Positions 21,859 through 30,988 of a stretch of 64,000 nucleotides of DNA are shown here, one piece after another (positions within the stretch are counted from its first letter, which is position 1; every line of letters starts with the position of its first letter). Under the pieces are notes generated by a model that saw only the letters and a program-made list of their open reading frames with translations, was not told the origin of the DNA and ran no database searches. The position numbers and the translations under genes are program-made. Source of the stretch: Anaerolineae bacterium (lineage in GTDB: Bacteria; Chloroflexota; Anaerolineae; Epilineales; JAHCIE01); contig JBDHWG010000006.1 in the NCBI GenBank assembly GCA_039810085.1, positions 85,265 to 149,264 of the forward strand, read 5' to 3'.

Positions 21859-23052
21859 ATGTTCGGCGCTTTATCTGACCTGTTTATCCTGGACCTGACC
21901 CGCGTGCTTGCTGGCCCCTATGGCACTATGATTATGAGCGACTTTGGCGCGCGCGTTGTCAAGGTCGAGCAGCCGGGCATCGGCGATGATACGCGGCAGT
22001 GGGGGCCACCTTTTACACCCAGCGGCGAGAGCGCCTACTTCCTGTGCGTGAACCGCAACAAGGAGAGTCTGACGCTCGACCTCAAGACAGAGGCAGGGCG
22101 CGACATCCTGCGCCGCCTTGCGACCCAAGCCGACGTGCTCATCGAGAACTTCAAGGTCGGGACGATGGCGCGGATGGGCCTTGGCTACGACGACCTGCGC
22201 CAGCTCAACCCGGGTCTCATCTATTGCGCTATCACAGGCTACGGCCAGAACGGGCCGTACAAGGACCGCCCCGGCTACGATGTTGTCATCGAGGCACAGG
22301 GCGGCATCATGAGCCTGACCGGGCCGGCCGACGGCGAGCCGTTCAAGGTCGGCGTCGCGATCGTGGACATCACAGCGGGAATGTACGCTGTCACGTCTAT
22401 TCTCGCGGCTTTGCACCACCGTGAGCGCACCGGCGAAGGGCAGTTCATCGATATCGCCCTGTTCGATACCCAGCTTGGCTGGCTGGCGAACGTCGCCAGC
22501 GCCTACCTTGTCTCCGGCCAGCCGCCGCGCCGCTGGGGCAATGCCCACGCCACCATTGTGCCGTATGAGACGTTCCCAACCGCCGACGGCTGGATGATGG
22601 TCGGCGTCGGCAACGACCACCAGTTTGCAGCCCTCAGCCGCGTCGTCGGCCAGCCCGATTGGGCATCGGACCCGCGTTTTGCCACCAACCCCGACCGCGT
22701 CGCCAACCGTATGGTCCTTATCGCCGACCTCCAGACCATCTTCCGTACCCGCCCGACGGCGTTCTGGATCCAGGCGCTGCTGGACGTGGGCATTCCGTGT
22801 GGGCCGGTGAACGACGTCCCTACGGCGCTGAATGACCCGCAGGCCCTCGCACGAGACATGGTGCAGACGGTGCATCACCCGCTTGACGGCGACCTGCGGG
22901 TCGTCGGGCCTGTGCCGAAGCTGAGCCGCACCCCTCCCGCCATTCGCGCCGCGCCTCCGCGTCTAGGTGAACACACGGAGGCCCTGCTGCGCGAGCTTCT
23001 CGGGTGCGATGAGGCCGACATCGCGCGGCTGCGCGAGCAGCGCGTGATTTAA
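21859..23052 (+). CDS. CoA transferase family III (CaiB/BaiF)
   Basis: ILDLTRVLAGPYGTMIMSDFGARVVKVEQP...CAITGYGQNGPYKDRPGYD, the family III CoA-transferase signature. GGAGG RBS. Confidence 0.85.
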   Translation: MFGALSDLFILDLTRVLAGPYGTMIMSDFGARVVKVEQPGIGDDTRQWGPPFTPSGESAYFLCVNRNKESLTLDLKTEAGRDILRRLATQADVLIENFKVGTMARMGLGYDDLRQLNPGLIYCAITGYGQNGPYKDRPGYDVVIEAQGGIMSLTGPADGEPFKVGVAIVDITAGMYAVTSILAALHHRERTGEGQFIDIALFDTQLGWLANVASAYLVSGQPPRRWGNAHATIVPYETFPTADGWMMVGVGNDHQFAALSRVVGQPDWASDPRFATNPDRVANRMVLIADLQTIFRTRPTAFWIQALLDVGIPCGPVNDVPTALNDPQALARDMVQTVHHPLDGDLRVVGPVPKLSRTPPAIRAAPPRLGEHTEALLRELLGCDEADIARLREQRVI

Positions 23053-23202
23053 CCAGGATGGTGGCGGAGCGTAACTTTCGCGCCGCTCCACCGTCACGCC
23101 TAGTGTAAGGTGACGTTCTGCCGGGGGACTGCGGGCGCAGGGCAGAGGCGTCACCCATATTCGCAACGGCGCCCTTTCCCGCGCCGTAGAAAGGACGATA
23201 CC

Positions 23203-24252
23203 GTGTCGATTTTCTCCCCCCGACGGGCCTTGGCGGCTGTGCTCCTTGGCCTGATTGCGGCCGTCATCGCGCTTGTCGGCGCTTCCGCCCAGGGAACGGC
23301 CGGCTGCTCGATGGAGGGCTACGTGCTCGACCCGCAAGGCCGAGGCGTCCCGCTGGCAGACATTGTGCTCAAGATTAGCGGCCGCGATGGGGATATCCGC
23401 GTTCAGAGTGACTTCTTCGGCCACTACCAGATTCAGCTGCCCGCCCTCATCGTGCAGGAGACGGGCTACATGTACGCGCGCCTCAGCAGCAACGATGTCA
23501 TCATGGTCGGCGCGATTAACTTCAAGCGCTGCCGCGACCGCCGCGACATCTTCACTGGCAACCCATCGGGTGCGGGCTACACACCCGGCCCTACGCCGCC
23601 GGTTCCGCTGCCCGTTCCGCCGGCCTACCCGGCTCCCGACGCGCCGCTGCCGTCCCTGGCGAACGCGCTCGCCTTCTTCGACCTCACGGCCCTCTCGCGC
23701 GGCGGCGTCTCGCCCGGTGAGAGCTTCAGCCTGCCCATCTGTATCGCTGCCTTCACCAACTCGGTGCCCCAGGTCAGCAAAGTCACCTTTATCGCCGAGT
23801 ATGATCCGACCAAGGTGCGCGTCACACGCATCACGCGGCTCCCGAGCGACCCCTTCACCGGCCAGCCCCAGGTCAGTTATGGCATCAGCCCCGAACCCGT
23901 CGGTGGCCGGGTGCGCGGACGCATCTACTACGTCGTCGACTCAGCCTCCCTGGTCGAGCTACCCGCCCTGCCGCGCTGTACGCGCCTGGCCTCAGTAGAG
24001 ATGGAAGCTCTTGCGAATACGAACCAGCCGGGCGACACCCTGGGCTTTTCCACGGTTCAGGCCGCGCTGCCGGGCGGCATCAATCCAGTGAACACGTCCA
24101 TGCGTATCGGCGGCGTCGAAGGTCCCATTGCGCGCACAACGACCTATGTGGACGTCCTGACGCCGGAAGAAACGCGCGACATCCTGAAGCACGCCTATCT
24201 ACCGCTGCTCGAAGTCAACGGAAGACTTCAGCCAATCCCTTCCTCGCCCTGA
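23203..24252 (+). CDS. Secreted/anchored hypothetical protein with carboxypeptidase-regulatory-like domain
   Basis: GTG start with AAAGGA RBS. N-terminal TM/signal segment. The mature N-terminus carries a CarboxypepD_reg-like beta-sandwich region (…GYVLDPQGRGVP…FGHYQIQLP…), followed by a Pro-rich segment. The ATG at 23110 gives an Arg-rich unlikely extension. Confidence 0.5.
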   Translation: MSIFSPRRALAAVLLGLIAAVIALVGASAQGTAGCSMEGYVLDPQGRGVPLADIVLKISGRDGDIRVQSDFFGHYQIQLPALIVQETGYMYARLSSNDVIMVGAINFKRCRDRRDIFTGNPSGAGYTPGPTPPVPLPVPPAYPAPDAPLPSLANALAFFDLTALSRGGVSPGESFSLPICIAAFTNSVPQVSKVTFIAEYDPTKVRVTRITRLPSDPFTGQPQVSYGISPEPVGGRVRGRIYYVVDSASLVELPALPRCTRLASVEMEALANTNQPGDTLGFSTVQAALPGGINPVNTSMRIGGVEGPIARTTTYVDVLTPEETRDILKHAYLPLLEVNGRLQPIPSSP

Positions 24253-24281
24253 GGGCGCCAACGCGATAAGCGAAAAACCAC

Positions 24282-24330
24282 CGACAGGGGCGTGTGATTA
24301 TTGACACACGCCCCTGTCGTGTTTTATACT
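24282..24330 (+). terminator. Intrinsic terminator (15-bp stem CGACAGGGGCGTGTG / CACACGCCCCTGTCG + TGTTTTAT)
   Basis: Seen directly. A TTGACA...TATACT promoter-like element for the downstream regulator gene overlaps it. Confidence 0.65.
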
Positions 24331-24379
24331 TTTGCAGAGGATTATTCAGGTATCCGAATATGGAGATAGGTATTAGTCA

Positions 24380-25486
24380 ATGCTCCCTGATTTGATTGAG
24401 GCAAGGCCCACACTCGCCGTCGAATTCAGCTTCTCCCTTCCCCACGACCTGTTCACGACATTGAACCTGGTCGTAAAGTCGTCGTGGCGCGAGGGGTTGA
24501 GCGAGTGGGTATACGAAACAGCGGCGGCGCTTAGCCACGACAAGCGCGTCGAGTTAGCGACGCTGACGCCGTTCTTCGGCGAAATCATCCAAGGGCCGCA
24601 AGCGCCCATCGCGGCTCTGCCGTGGGGTGACCTGGCCTGGGATGCTCTCGATGCGCTACAGAGCTACCTGGCCGCCCAGGACACTGCCTTCTTCGCCGCC
24701 CTGGGCCAGTCATTTCTGGAACGGGTGCGCGACTGCGAGATGAACCGTGGAACTGTCTCGGCGGCCACCTTGCCAGCCCGCGACCTGCTAGAGCTGCATG
24801 CGGAGTCGCGGCGTGCCCAACTTGGTCTCGCCCAGGTTGACTTCGACCCACAGTTGGCGGTGGAGCTTGTCGAAAAACCCGAGCGGCTACGCGACGCGCT
24901 GACGGGGCTGCTTGCCTGGTTCGGCGCAGGCATCTACCTCCCCTCGCTCCAGCAGGAGGACACGCTGCTGAGTCGCGCCCTGGCCTACCACCGCCGCCAG
25001 CGTTACGTCGGCGACATCGAAGACGTGTTCGCCGCCGTCACAGGACGTACGCTGCCGCCAGAATCGAGCACCTTGCTGTCGTCAGCGCAGAGCGTGCAGT
25101 TCGTCCCGTCGTCCCATATTGGCCCCTACTTCTTCATCATCACGACGGGCCAACGAGCCTATGTCAGCTTCAACGCGCGTACCGTGGGCGCTGGCTCGCC
25201 GATCAGCCGCGCCATTCCGGACATCGTTCAGCTGTTCCCACGCCTCAAGGCCCTTGCCGACGAGACGCGCCTGCACATCCTGGCGCATCTTCAAACCGGC
25301 GAGGCGACGCAGGAGATGATCGTCGCCGCACTCGGCATCTCCCAGCCCGCCGCGTCGCGCCACCTTGGTCTGATGGAACGCACCAATCTGGTCAACGTCC
25401 GGCGTGAGAACGGCATCAAGTACTACTCCATCCGCCGCGAGAGCGGCCGCGATCTCGTGGCCGCCCTGGATAGCTTTCTGGCCTGA
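24380..25486 (+). CDS. ArsR/SmtB-family HTH transcriptional regulator with about 270-aa N-terminal domain of unknown function
   Basis: C-terminus LADETRLHILAHLQTGEATQEMIVAALGISQPAASRHLGLMERTNLVNVRRENGIKYY is a typical ArsR wHTH. The N-terminal two thirds have no recognisable motif. Confidence 0.6.
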   Translation: MLPDLIEARPTLAVEFSFSLPHDLFTTLNLVVKSSWREGLSEWVYETAAALSHDKRVELATLTPFFGEIIQGPQAPIAALPWGDLAWDALDALQSYLAAQDTAFFAALGQSFLERVRDCEMNRGTVSAATLPARDLLELHAESRRAQLGLAQVDFDPQLAVELVEKPERLRDALTGLLAWFGAGIYLPSLQQEDTLLSRALAYHRRQRYVGDIEDVFAAVTGRTLPPESSTLLSSAQSVQFVPSSHIGPYFFIITTGQRAYVSFNARTVGAGSPISRAIPDIVQLFPRLKALADETRLHILAHLQTGEATQEMIVAALGISQPAASRHLGLMERTNLVNVRRENGIKYYSIRRESGRDLVAALDSFLA

Positions 25487-25498
25487 CGAGGGGGTCTT

Positions 25499-26716
25499 GT
25501 GTCCACAATCCTATCCATGGCGCGCAACCGCGCCCTCATGACCGTGGCGACGGGTCACTTCAGCGTCGACATGTTCTCCGGAATGCTGCCACTCATCCTC
25601 CTCGGCCTGACCGACCCACTCAGCCTCACGTATGCCCAGGTGGGCCTGGTATCCACAGCCTTCACCGTCACCTCCTCCCTCACCCAGCCGTTCTTCGGCT
25701 GGCTGGCGGACCGCCTCGGCGGTCGATGGCTGGCCGCCGGGGGGATTTTGCTGATTGCGGTGATGACGGCGGTCATGCGCGTCGCCCCCTCGTACTGGGC
25801 GCTGCTCCTGCTGGCGCCGGTCGCTGGCATCGGCTCGGCGGCGTTCCACCCGCAGGGCGCGGCGAACGCCTCGCTCGCGAGTGGCAAGCAGAAGGCCACC
25901 GGGATGTCGATCTTCATGCTCGGCGGCAACGTCGGCTACGCAGTCGGGCCGGTGGCTGCGCGGGTGCTCTTTGCGGCGATTGGGGGCATCGCCACACTCA
26001 TTCTCGTTGGCGTCGGCGCGCTGTTGAGCGTCGCACAGATGGTGTTCGGCCCGCGCGTGCAGAAAGTTGCCAGCGTAAAAGGTCCCGCAACAGCAGGTCT
26101 CAACGACTATCGGCCGATGGCGCCGCTGGCCGTGGCCGCGCTCATCACCGTCATCTTCCTGCGCATGTGGGTCAACAGCGCCATCACGACGTACCTGCCC
26201 CAGCTCACGAAAGCCAGTGGCTTCGACATCGACTATTCCAGCAACTTGCAGTTCGCCATTTTGTTCCCGCTCGCGTTCGGTGGGCTGATTGGCGGGTCGA
26301 TGTCAGACCGGATCGGGCGTCGCCCTATTATCGTCGGGTCACTGCTGCTCGCGGCGCCGCTGCTGCTTCTCGTCCTGATGACACTCGGCCCGCGCGCCTA
26401 CCTGTTCGCGCCCTTGCTCGGCATCATGGTTGGCGCCTCGTTCCCCATCACCCTGGTCATGGCCCAGGAGTTGCTCCCGAAGGGCATCGGCTTCATGAGC
26501 GGGCTGGCGCTTGGCTTCACGTTCATTGCAGGCGGCATCGGTGTTGCCATCAGCGGCTGGCTGGCGGACCACTTCGGCCTCATGCCCATGCTCGTCGCGC
26601 TGGCGGGTTTGCTCCTCATCGCCGGATGCGCCGCTCTGCTCCTACCGGGCAAGGAGCATCAAACTGGCGATGCGTCCATCCCCCAAGCGGTGGATGCGCA
26701 GCCCGCCGAGGTATGA
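25499..26716 (+). CDS. MFS transporter
   Basis: 12-TM profile with the G-x-L-a-D-r-x-G-r-r motif (FFGWLADRLGGRW). GTG start with GAGGGGG RBS. Confidence 0.8.
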   Translation: MSTILSMARNRALMTVATGHFSVDMFSGMLPLILLGLTDPLSLTYAQVGLVSTAFTVTSSLTQPFFGWLADRLGGRWLAAGGILLIAVMTAVMRVAPSYWALLLLAPVAGIGSAAFHPQGAANASLASGKQKATGMSIFMLGGNVGYAVGPVAARVLFAAIGGIATLILVGVGALLSVAQMVFGPRVQKVASVKGPATAGLNDYRPMAPLAVAALITVIFLRMWVNSAITTYLPQLTKASGFDIDYSSNLQFAILFPLAFGGLIGGSMSDRIGRRPIIVGSLLLAAPLLLLVLMTLGPRAYLFAPLLGIMVGASFPITLVMAQELLPKGIGFMSGLALGFTFIAGGIGVAISGWLADHFGLMPMLVALAGLLLIAGCAALLLPGKEHQTGDASIPQAVDAQPAEV

Positions 26717-26784
26717 TAAAGTAATGGCGGACGGATTGCTGGTAACAGGTAGACTGCGGCGTCCGCCTGCCGCGAAGGGATGTT

Positions 26785-28620
26785 ATGCAGATACTTAAGC
26801 GACTACTGACTTACATTCGACCGTACCGAGGATGGGCGCTGTTGACTTACAGCGCCCTCTTCATCGCCACCTTCCTCAACCTCATTGTGCCCTGGATTCT
26901 CCGCTCTGTCATCGACCAGGGACTCGTCAAGCAGGACTTCCGCTTCCTGGTCCTGGCCGGCGCGACCATCGTCGGCGTTACGGCGGTGCGCGGGCTGTTC
27001 AGCTTTGTCCAGCTCTACGGCTCCGAGCGTCTGTCGCAGGACATTGCCTTCGACATGCGCAACCAGCTCTACGACAAGATTCAGCGCCTGGCGTTCTCCT
27101 TCCACGACCGGACGCAGACGGGTGAGCTGATCAGCCGGGGCACGAGTGACATCGAGCAAATCATGCGCTTCACCGGCCAGGGCGCGATGGACCTGACCGG
27201 CATCATCCTGCTGTTCGTTCTCTCGGCCGCCCTGATGTTCTCCGTCGAGCCAGGGCTGGCGGCCATCGCCTTGCTGCCCATGCCGATTCTCATGTTCATC
27301 AGCCTGCGCTTCGGGCTTCGCATGCGCGTTCTGTGGAAGCGCGCCCAGGAGCAGACGGCGGTCCTGAGCAGCATGCTCCAGGAGAACCTGACCGGCATCC
27401 GGGTGGTCAAGGCGTTCGCCCGCGAGCCTCACGAGACCGCCCGCTTCTACGAGAAGCACCAGGACTACAACCGGCAGCGGCAGGATATCGTCCGCACCTG
27501 GTCCAACAACTTCCCGACGATGACGCTCATCGTCGCGTCGAGCACGGCCCTCATCCTGTGGTTCGGCGGGCAGCGCGTTATCAACGGGACCCTCAGCGTG
27601 GGCACGCTTGTCGCTTTCAACGCCTACCTGCTCATGCTCGCCGCGCCGACCCAGCGCCTCGGCTTCGTCGTGGACCGCGTCGGCCAGGCGCTCGCCTCCG
27701 GCCAGCGCGTCTTCGACATCCTCGACACGCCCTCGGACATCGAGAACACGCCCAACGCCCGGCCTATCGGCCCCATTCAGGGTTATGTCGAATTCAAGAA
27801 CGTGGCGTTCGCCTACCACGACGCGCCCGTTTTGCAGGACATCTCGTTCCGTGCTGAGCCGAACACCGTTGTGGCCTTGATGGGTCTGACCGGCTCCGGC
27901 AAGAGCAGCGTCATCAGTCTGATCCCGCGCTTCTACGACCCCACCGCTGGTCAGGTGCTCATCGACGGCCACGACATTCGCACCGTCACCCTGGAGTCGC
28001 TACGGCAGCAGATTGGCCTCGTGCTCCAAGACACGTTCCTGTTCTCCGCCACCATCCGTGAGAACATCGCCTACGGCCGACCGGACGCGACCGACGAGGA
28101 GATCATCGCCGCGGCGCGCGCCGCCGAAGCCTACAACTTCATCGCGCGCCTACCGGACGGCTTCGAGACCGAGATCGGCGAGCGCGGCGTGACTCTGTCC
28201 GGCGGCCAGCGGCAGCGCCTCGCCATCGCTCGTGCCCTGCTCACGGACCCGCGCATCCTCATCCTGGACGACGCCACGAGTAGCGTGGATCCGGCGACGG
28301 AGCACGAGATCCAGCAAGCCCTCGCCCGCCTCATGGAGGGCCGCACGACGTTCATCATCGCCCAGCGCCTGCTGACCCTCAAGCACGCCGATCAGATTCT
28401 CGTCCTCGACCACGGCCATATCGTTGAGCGCGGACGGCACGAGGAACTGCTGCAAAACGACGGTCTGTACCGCCACATCTACGACCTTCAACTACGCGAC
28501 CAGGAAGAGACCGCGAAGGGCGCCGCGAGTGACGAAAGCCACGATCATGCGGCGGCCGGATTGGCGTCTGATTATGAGTTCATGGGTGGACGACGGCGGC
28601 AGAAAGAGGTAAGGCAGTGA
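26785..28620 (+). CDS. ABC exporter, fused permease/ATPase subunit (heterodimer partner 1)
   Basis: 6-TM domain then Walker A GLTGSGKSS, signature LSGGQRQRLAIARAL and Walker B ILILDDATS. Confidence 0.9.
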   Translation: MQILKRLLTYIRPYRGWALLTYSALFIATFLNLIVPWILRSVIDQGLVKQDFRFLVLAGATIVGVTAVRGLFSFVQLYGSERLSQDIAFDMRNQLYDKIQRLAFSFHDRTQTGELISRGTSDIEQIMRFTGQGAMDLTGIILLFVLSAALMFSVEPGLAAIALLPMPILMFISLRFGLRMRVLWKRAQEQTAVLSSMLQENLTGIRVVKAFAREPHETARFYEKHQDYNRQRQDIVRTWSNNFPTMTLIVASSTALILWFGGQRVINGTLSVGTLVAFNAYLLMLAAPTQRLGFVVDRVGQALASGQRVFDILDTPSDIENTPNARPIGPIQGYVEFKNVAFAYHDAPVLQDISFRAEPNTVVALMGLTGSGKSSVISLIPRFYDPTAGQVLIDGHDIRTVTLESLRQQIGLVLQDTFLFSATIRENIAYGRPDATDEEIIAAARAAEAYNFIARLPDGFETEIGERGVTLSGGQRQRLAIARALLTDPRILILDDATSSVDPATEHEIQQALARLMEGRTTFIIAQRLLTLKHADQILVLDHGHIVERGRHEELLQNDGLYRHIYDLQLRDQEETAKGAASDESHDHAAAGLASDYEFMGGRRRQKEVRQ

Positions 28621-30518
28621 GTAGTATTCCAACGGTCAGTAACGGCAATAGTCACACCCCCACCGCGAACGGGCATGGCCCAACAGGCAACGTCCTCAGC
28701 GAGTCAAAGGCGGAGCAGGCGCAGCGCCTCGCCCGCTTAAGTGACCGCGAGGACATGCTGGGGCAGGCGTACGACGCGCGGCTCGCTGGCCGCCTTTTGC
28801 AGTACCTACGCCCGTACAAGACCTTAGTCATCATCGCCCTCGTCGCCCAGGTGGTCCAGGTGGTCGCCAGTGTCTCCGGGCCGCCCATCGTGAGCTGGGC
28901 CATCGACCGGGGCATGGTGGCCGGCGACGTGCGCGCCCTGGCGCTCTTCGCCGGGCTGTTCATCTGCGCTGCCTTGGTAGAGTACGCGTCGTCGCGGGTT
29001 CGCGTGCGCACCATGGGCGAGGTCGGCAACGACGTCATCTTCGACCTGCGCACCCAACTCTTCGCGCACCTCCAGGAGATGACCCTCAGCTTCTACGACT
29101 ACTTCATTGTCGGCCGCCTGATGTCGCGCATGATCTCGGATGTGGGGCAGATCCAGGACTTCATCACCTGGTCGTTCGTCGGCGTCTTCCGCTCCCTGGC
29201 GGTGCTGGTCGGCATCGTCATCGCCATGTTCCTTATGGATGCGCGCCTGGCCCTGCTGACCCTGACGGTCATCCCAGTCATGGTCATCGTCACCAACTTC
29301 TGGCGCCGCTTCATGCGTGACACCTTCCGCCAGGCCAAGCGCCGCCAGTCGCTTGTCACCGGCAACCTGGCCGAGAACATCGGCGGCGCACGCGTCGTCC
29401 AGTCGTTCAGCCGCGAGATGCGCAACCTGTCGCGCTTCAAGGAGCTGAACAAGGACCTGCGCGACGCCAACGTACACGCGGGCTGGCTTAGCGCCGTGTT
29501 CTTCCCCAGCGTCGATGTGCTCGGCTCCATCGCCACGGCCCTCGTCGTGGTCGTCGGCGGCGCGCAGGTGCTCGGCGGCACGGTATCGGCCGGCACCCTG
29601 GTTGCGTTCATCCTATTCGTGGACCGCTTCTTCGAGCCGATCCGCGACCTGGCGCTGCGCTACAACAACCTCCAGAACACGATGTCGTCCAGTGAGCGTC
29701 TGTTCGAGCTGCTGGACACGCCGCCCGCCTTCAAGGATGCGCCCGATGCCACGGACCTGCCGCGCATCGAGGGCCACGTCGAGTTGCGCCACGTGACGTT
29801 CAGCTACGACGGCATCACGCCGGTGCTCAAGGACATCAACCTCGATGTGCCGGCCGGGCAGACAGTCGCCTTCGTCGGCGAGACGGGCGCGGGCAAGAGT
29901 TCCACCATCGCCCTGCTCAGCCGCTTCTACGACATCGACGACGGCGCGATCCTCATCGACGGCCACGACGTGCGCAAAGTCACCATGGCGTCCCTGCGCC
30001 AGCAGATGGCCGTCGTGTTGCAGCAGCCGTTCCTGTTCTCCGGCACCGTCGCCGAGAACATCCGCTACGGGCGGCTGGATGCGACACAGGCGGAGATCGA
30101 GGATGCCGCGAAGGCGGTCGGCGCCCATGACTTCATCATCGCGCTGCCCGAGGGCTACGATACGCCCGTGGGCGAGAACGGCAGCAACCTGAGCGTTGGG
30201 CAGCGCCAGCTCGTCTCCTTCGCCCGCGCGCTGCTCACCGACCCGCGCATCCTCATCCTCGACGAGGCCACGTCGAGCGTGGACACGCAGACGGAACAGA
30301 TTATCCAGGCGGCGCTCAAGCGCCTGCTGAGCGGGCGCACGTCGTTCGTCATCGCCCACCGCCTCAGCACCGTCGTCAACGCCGACCTCATCTGCGTCAT
30401 CGACAAGGGCGAGATCGTCGAGCGCGGGACGCATCAGGCGCTACTCGACCGCCGCGGCCACTACTACCAGCTTTACACCATGCAGTGGCGCGCCCGCGAA
30501 GGCGTCCTGCCGGATTAG
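28617..30518 (+). CDS. ABC exporter, fused permease/ATPase subunit (heterodimer partner 2)
   Basis: GTGA overlap with the upstream gene. Walker A GETGAGKSS, signature LSVGQRQLVSFARAL, Walker B ILILDEATS. Confidence 0.9.
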   Translation: MSSIPTVSNGNSHTPTANGHGPTGNVLSESKAEQAQRLARLSDREDMLGQAYDARLAGRLLQYLRPYKTLVIIALVAQVVQVVASVSGPPIVSWAIDRGMVAGDVRALALFAGLFICAALVEYASSRVRVRTMGEVGNDVIFDLRTQLFAHLQEMTLSFYDYFIVGRLMSRMISDVGQIQDFITWSFVGVFRSLAVLVGIVIAMFLMDARLALLTLTVIPVMVIVTNFWRRFMRDTFRQAKRRQSLVTGNLAENIGGARVVQSFSREMRNLSRFKELNKDLRDANVHAGWLSAVFFPSVDVLGSIATALVVVVGGAQVLGGTVSAGTLVAFILFVDRFFEPIRDLALRYNNLQNTMSSSERLFELLDTPPAFKDAPDATDLPRIEGHVELRHVTFSYDGITPVLKDINLDVPAGQTVAFVGETGAGKSSTIALLSRFYDIDDGAILIDGHDVRKVTMASLRQQMAVVLQQPFLFSGTVAENIRYGRLDATQAEIEDAAKAVGAHDFIIALPEGYDTPVGENGSNLSVGQRQLVSFARALLTDPRILILDEATSSVDTQTEQIIQAALKRLLSGRTSFVIAHRLSTVVNADLICVIDKGEIVERGTHQALLDRRGHYYQLYTMQWRAREGVLPD

Positions 30519-30520
30519 AA

Positions 30521-30606
30521 GATTTGCCACGGAGGCACAGAGGTCACAGAGAATAGAAGTTACAAGGTGTTCTCTGTGCCTCCGTGGCAGTCTTGTTCTG
30601 TCGCGG
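30521..30606. repeat. Hairpin-forming dispersed repeat, copy 2 (CCACGGAGGCACAGAG / CTCTGTGCCTCCGTGG stem)
   Basis: Perfect 16-bp inverted repeat, 30527-30542 with 30572-30587. The downstream TCTGTGCCTCCGTGGCAGTCTTGTTCTGTC matches copy 1 at about 16850-16880. Directly after the ABC gene stop. Confidence 0.6.
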
Positions 30607-30660
30607 ATTCGCGGAGTTGGGGTAAGAAGGTTTAGTGCGCCATCATCAAACTTGAGGTAA

Positions 30661-30734
30661 TCCGGGGTCGTCTAATGGTAGGACAGCAGACTTTGGATCT
30701 GCGTATCGGGGTTCGAATCCCTGCCCCGGAGCCA
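30661..30734 (+). tRNA. tRNA-Gln (anticodon UUG)
   Basis: Cloverleaf by hand: 7-bp acceptor TCCGGGG/CCCCGGA, D-arm, anticodon stem GCAGA/TCTGC with loop CTTTGGA, T-arm CGGGG-TTCGAAT-CCCTG, discriminator G and encoded CCA. Confidence 0.8.
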
Positions 30735-30745
30735 CCTGGCGCAAC

Positions 30746-30783
30746 AAAGCCCGCTCTCGCGCTGAGAGCGGGCTTTCTCGTTA
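30746..30783 (+). terminator. Intrinsic terminator after tRNA-Gln
   Basis: AAAGCCCGCTCTC...GAGAGCGGGCTTT stem followed by a U-rich tract (TTTCTCGTT). Confidence 0.6.
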
Positions 30784-30988
30784 GAGCGTGTACGGCAGGG
30801 TGACACGGTGATTTGTCCGTGGCTTGTGGGCCTATTGACCTGAGCGTGTCAGGCAGCGATGGCTGGTGTGGGGTATATTAAGGCACATAAGATTGGCTCG
30901 CGAGCTGCGTCATACTGATTGTGCGTTACGTTAAGTACGACTTGTGAAGCTAACAGTCTGCCAGGCATGTGTTCGCAAGGAGGGCATC

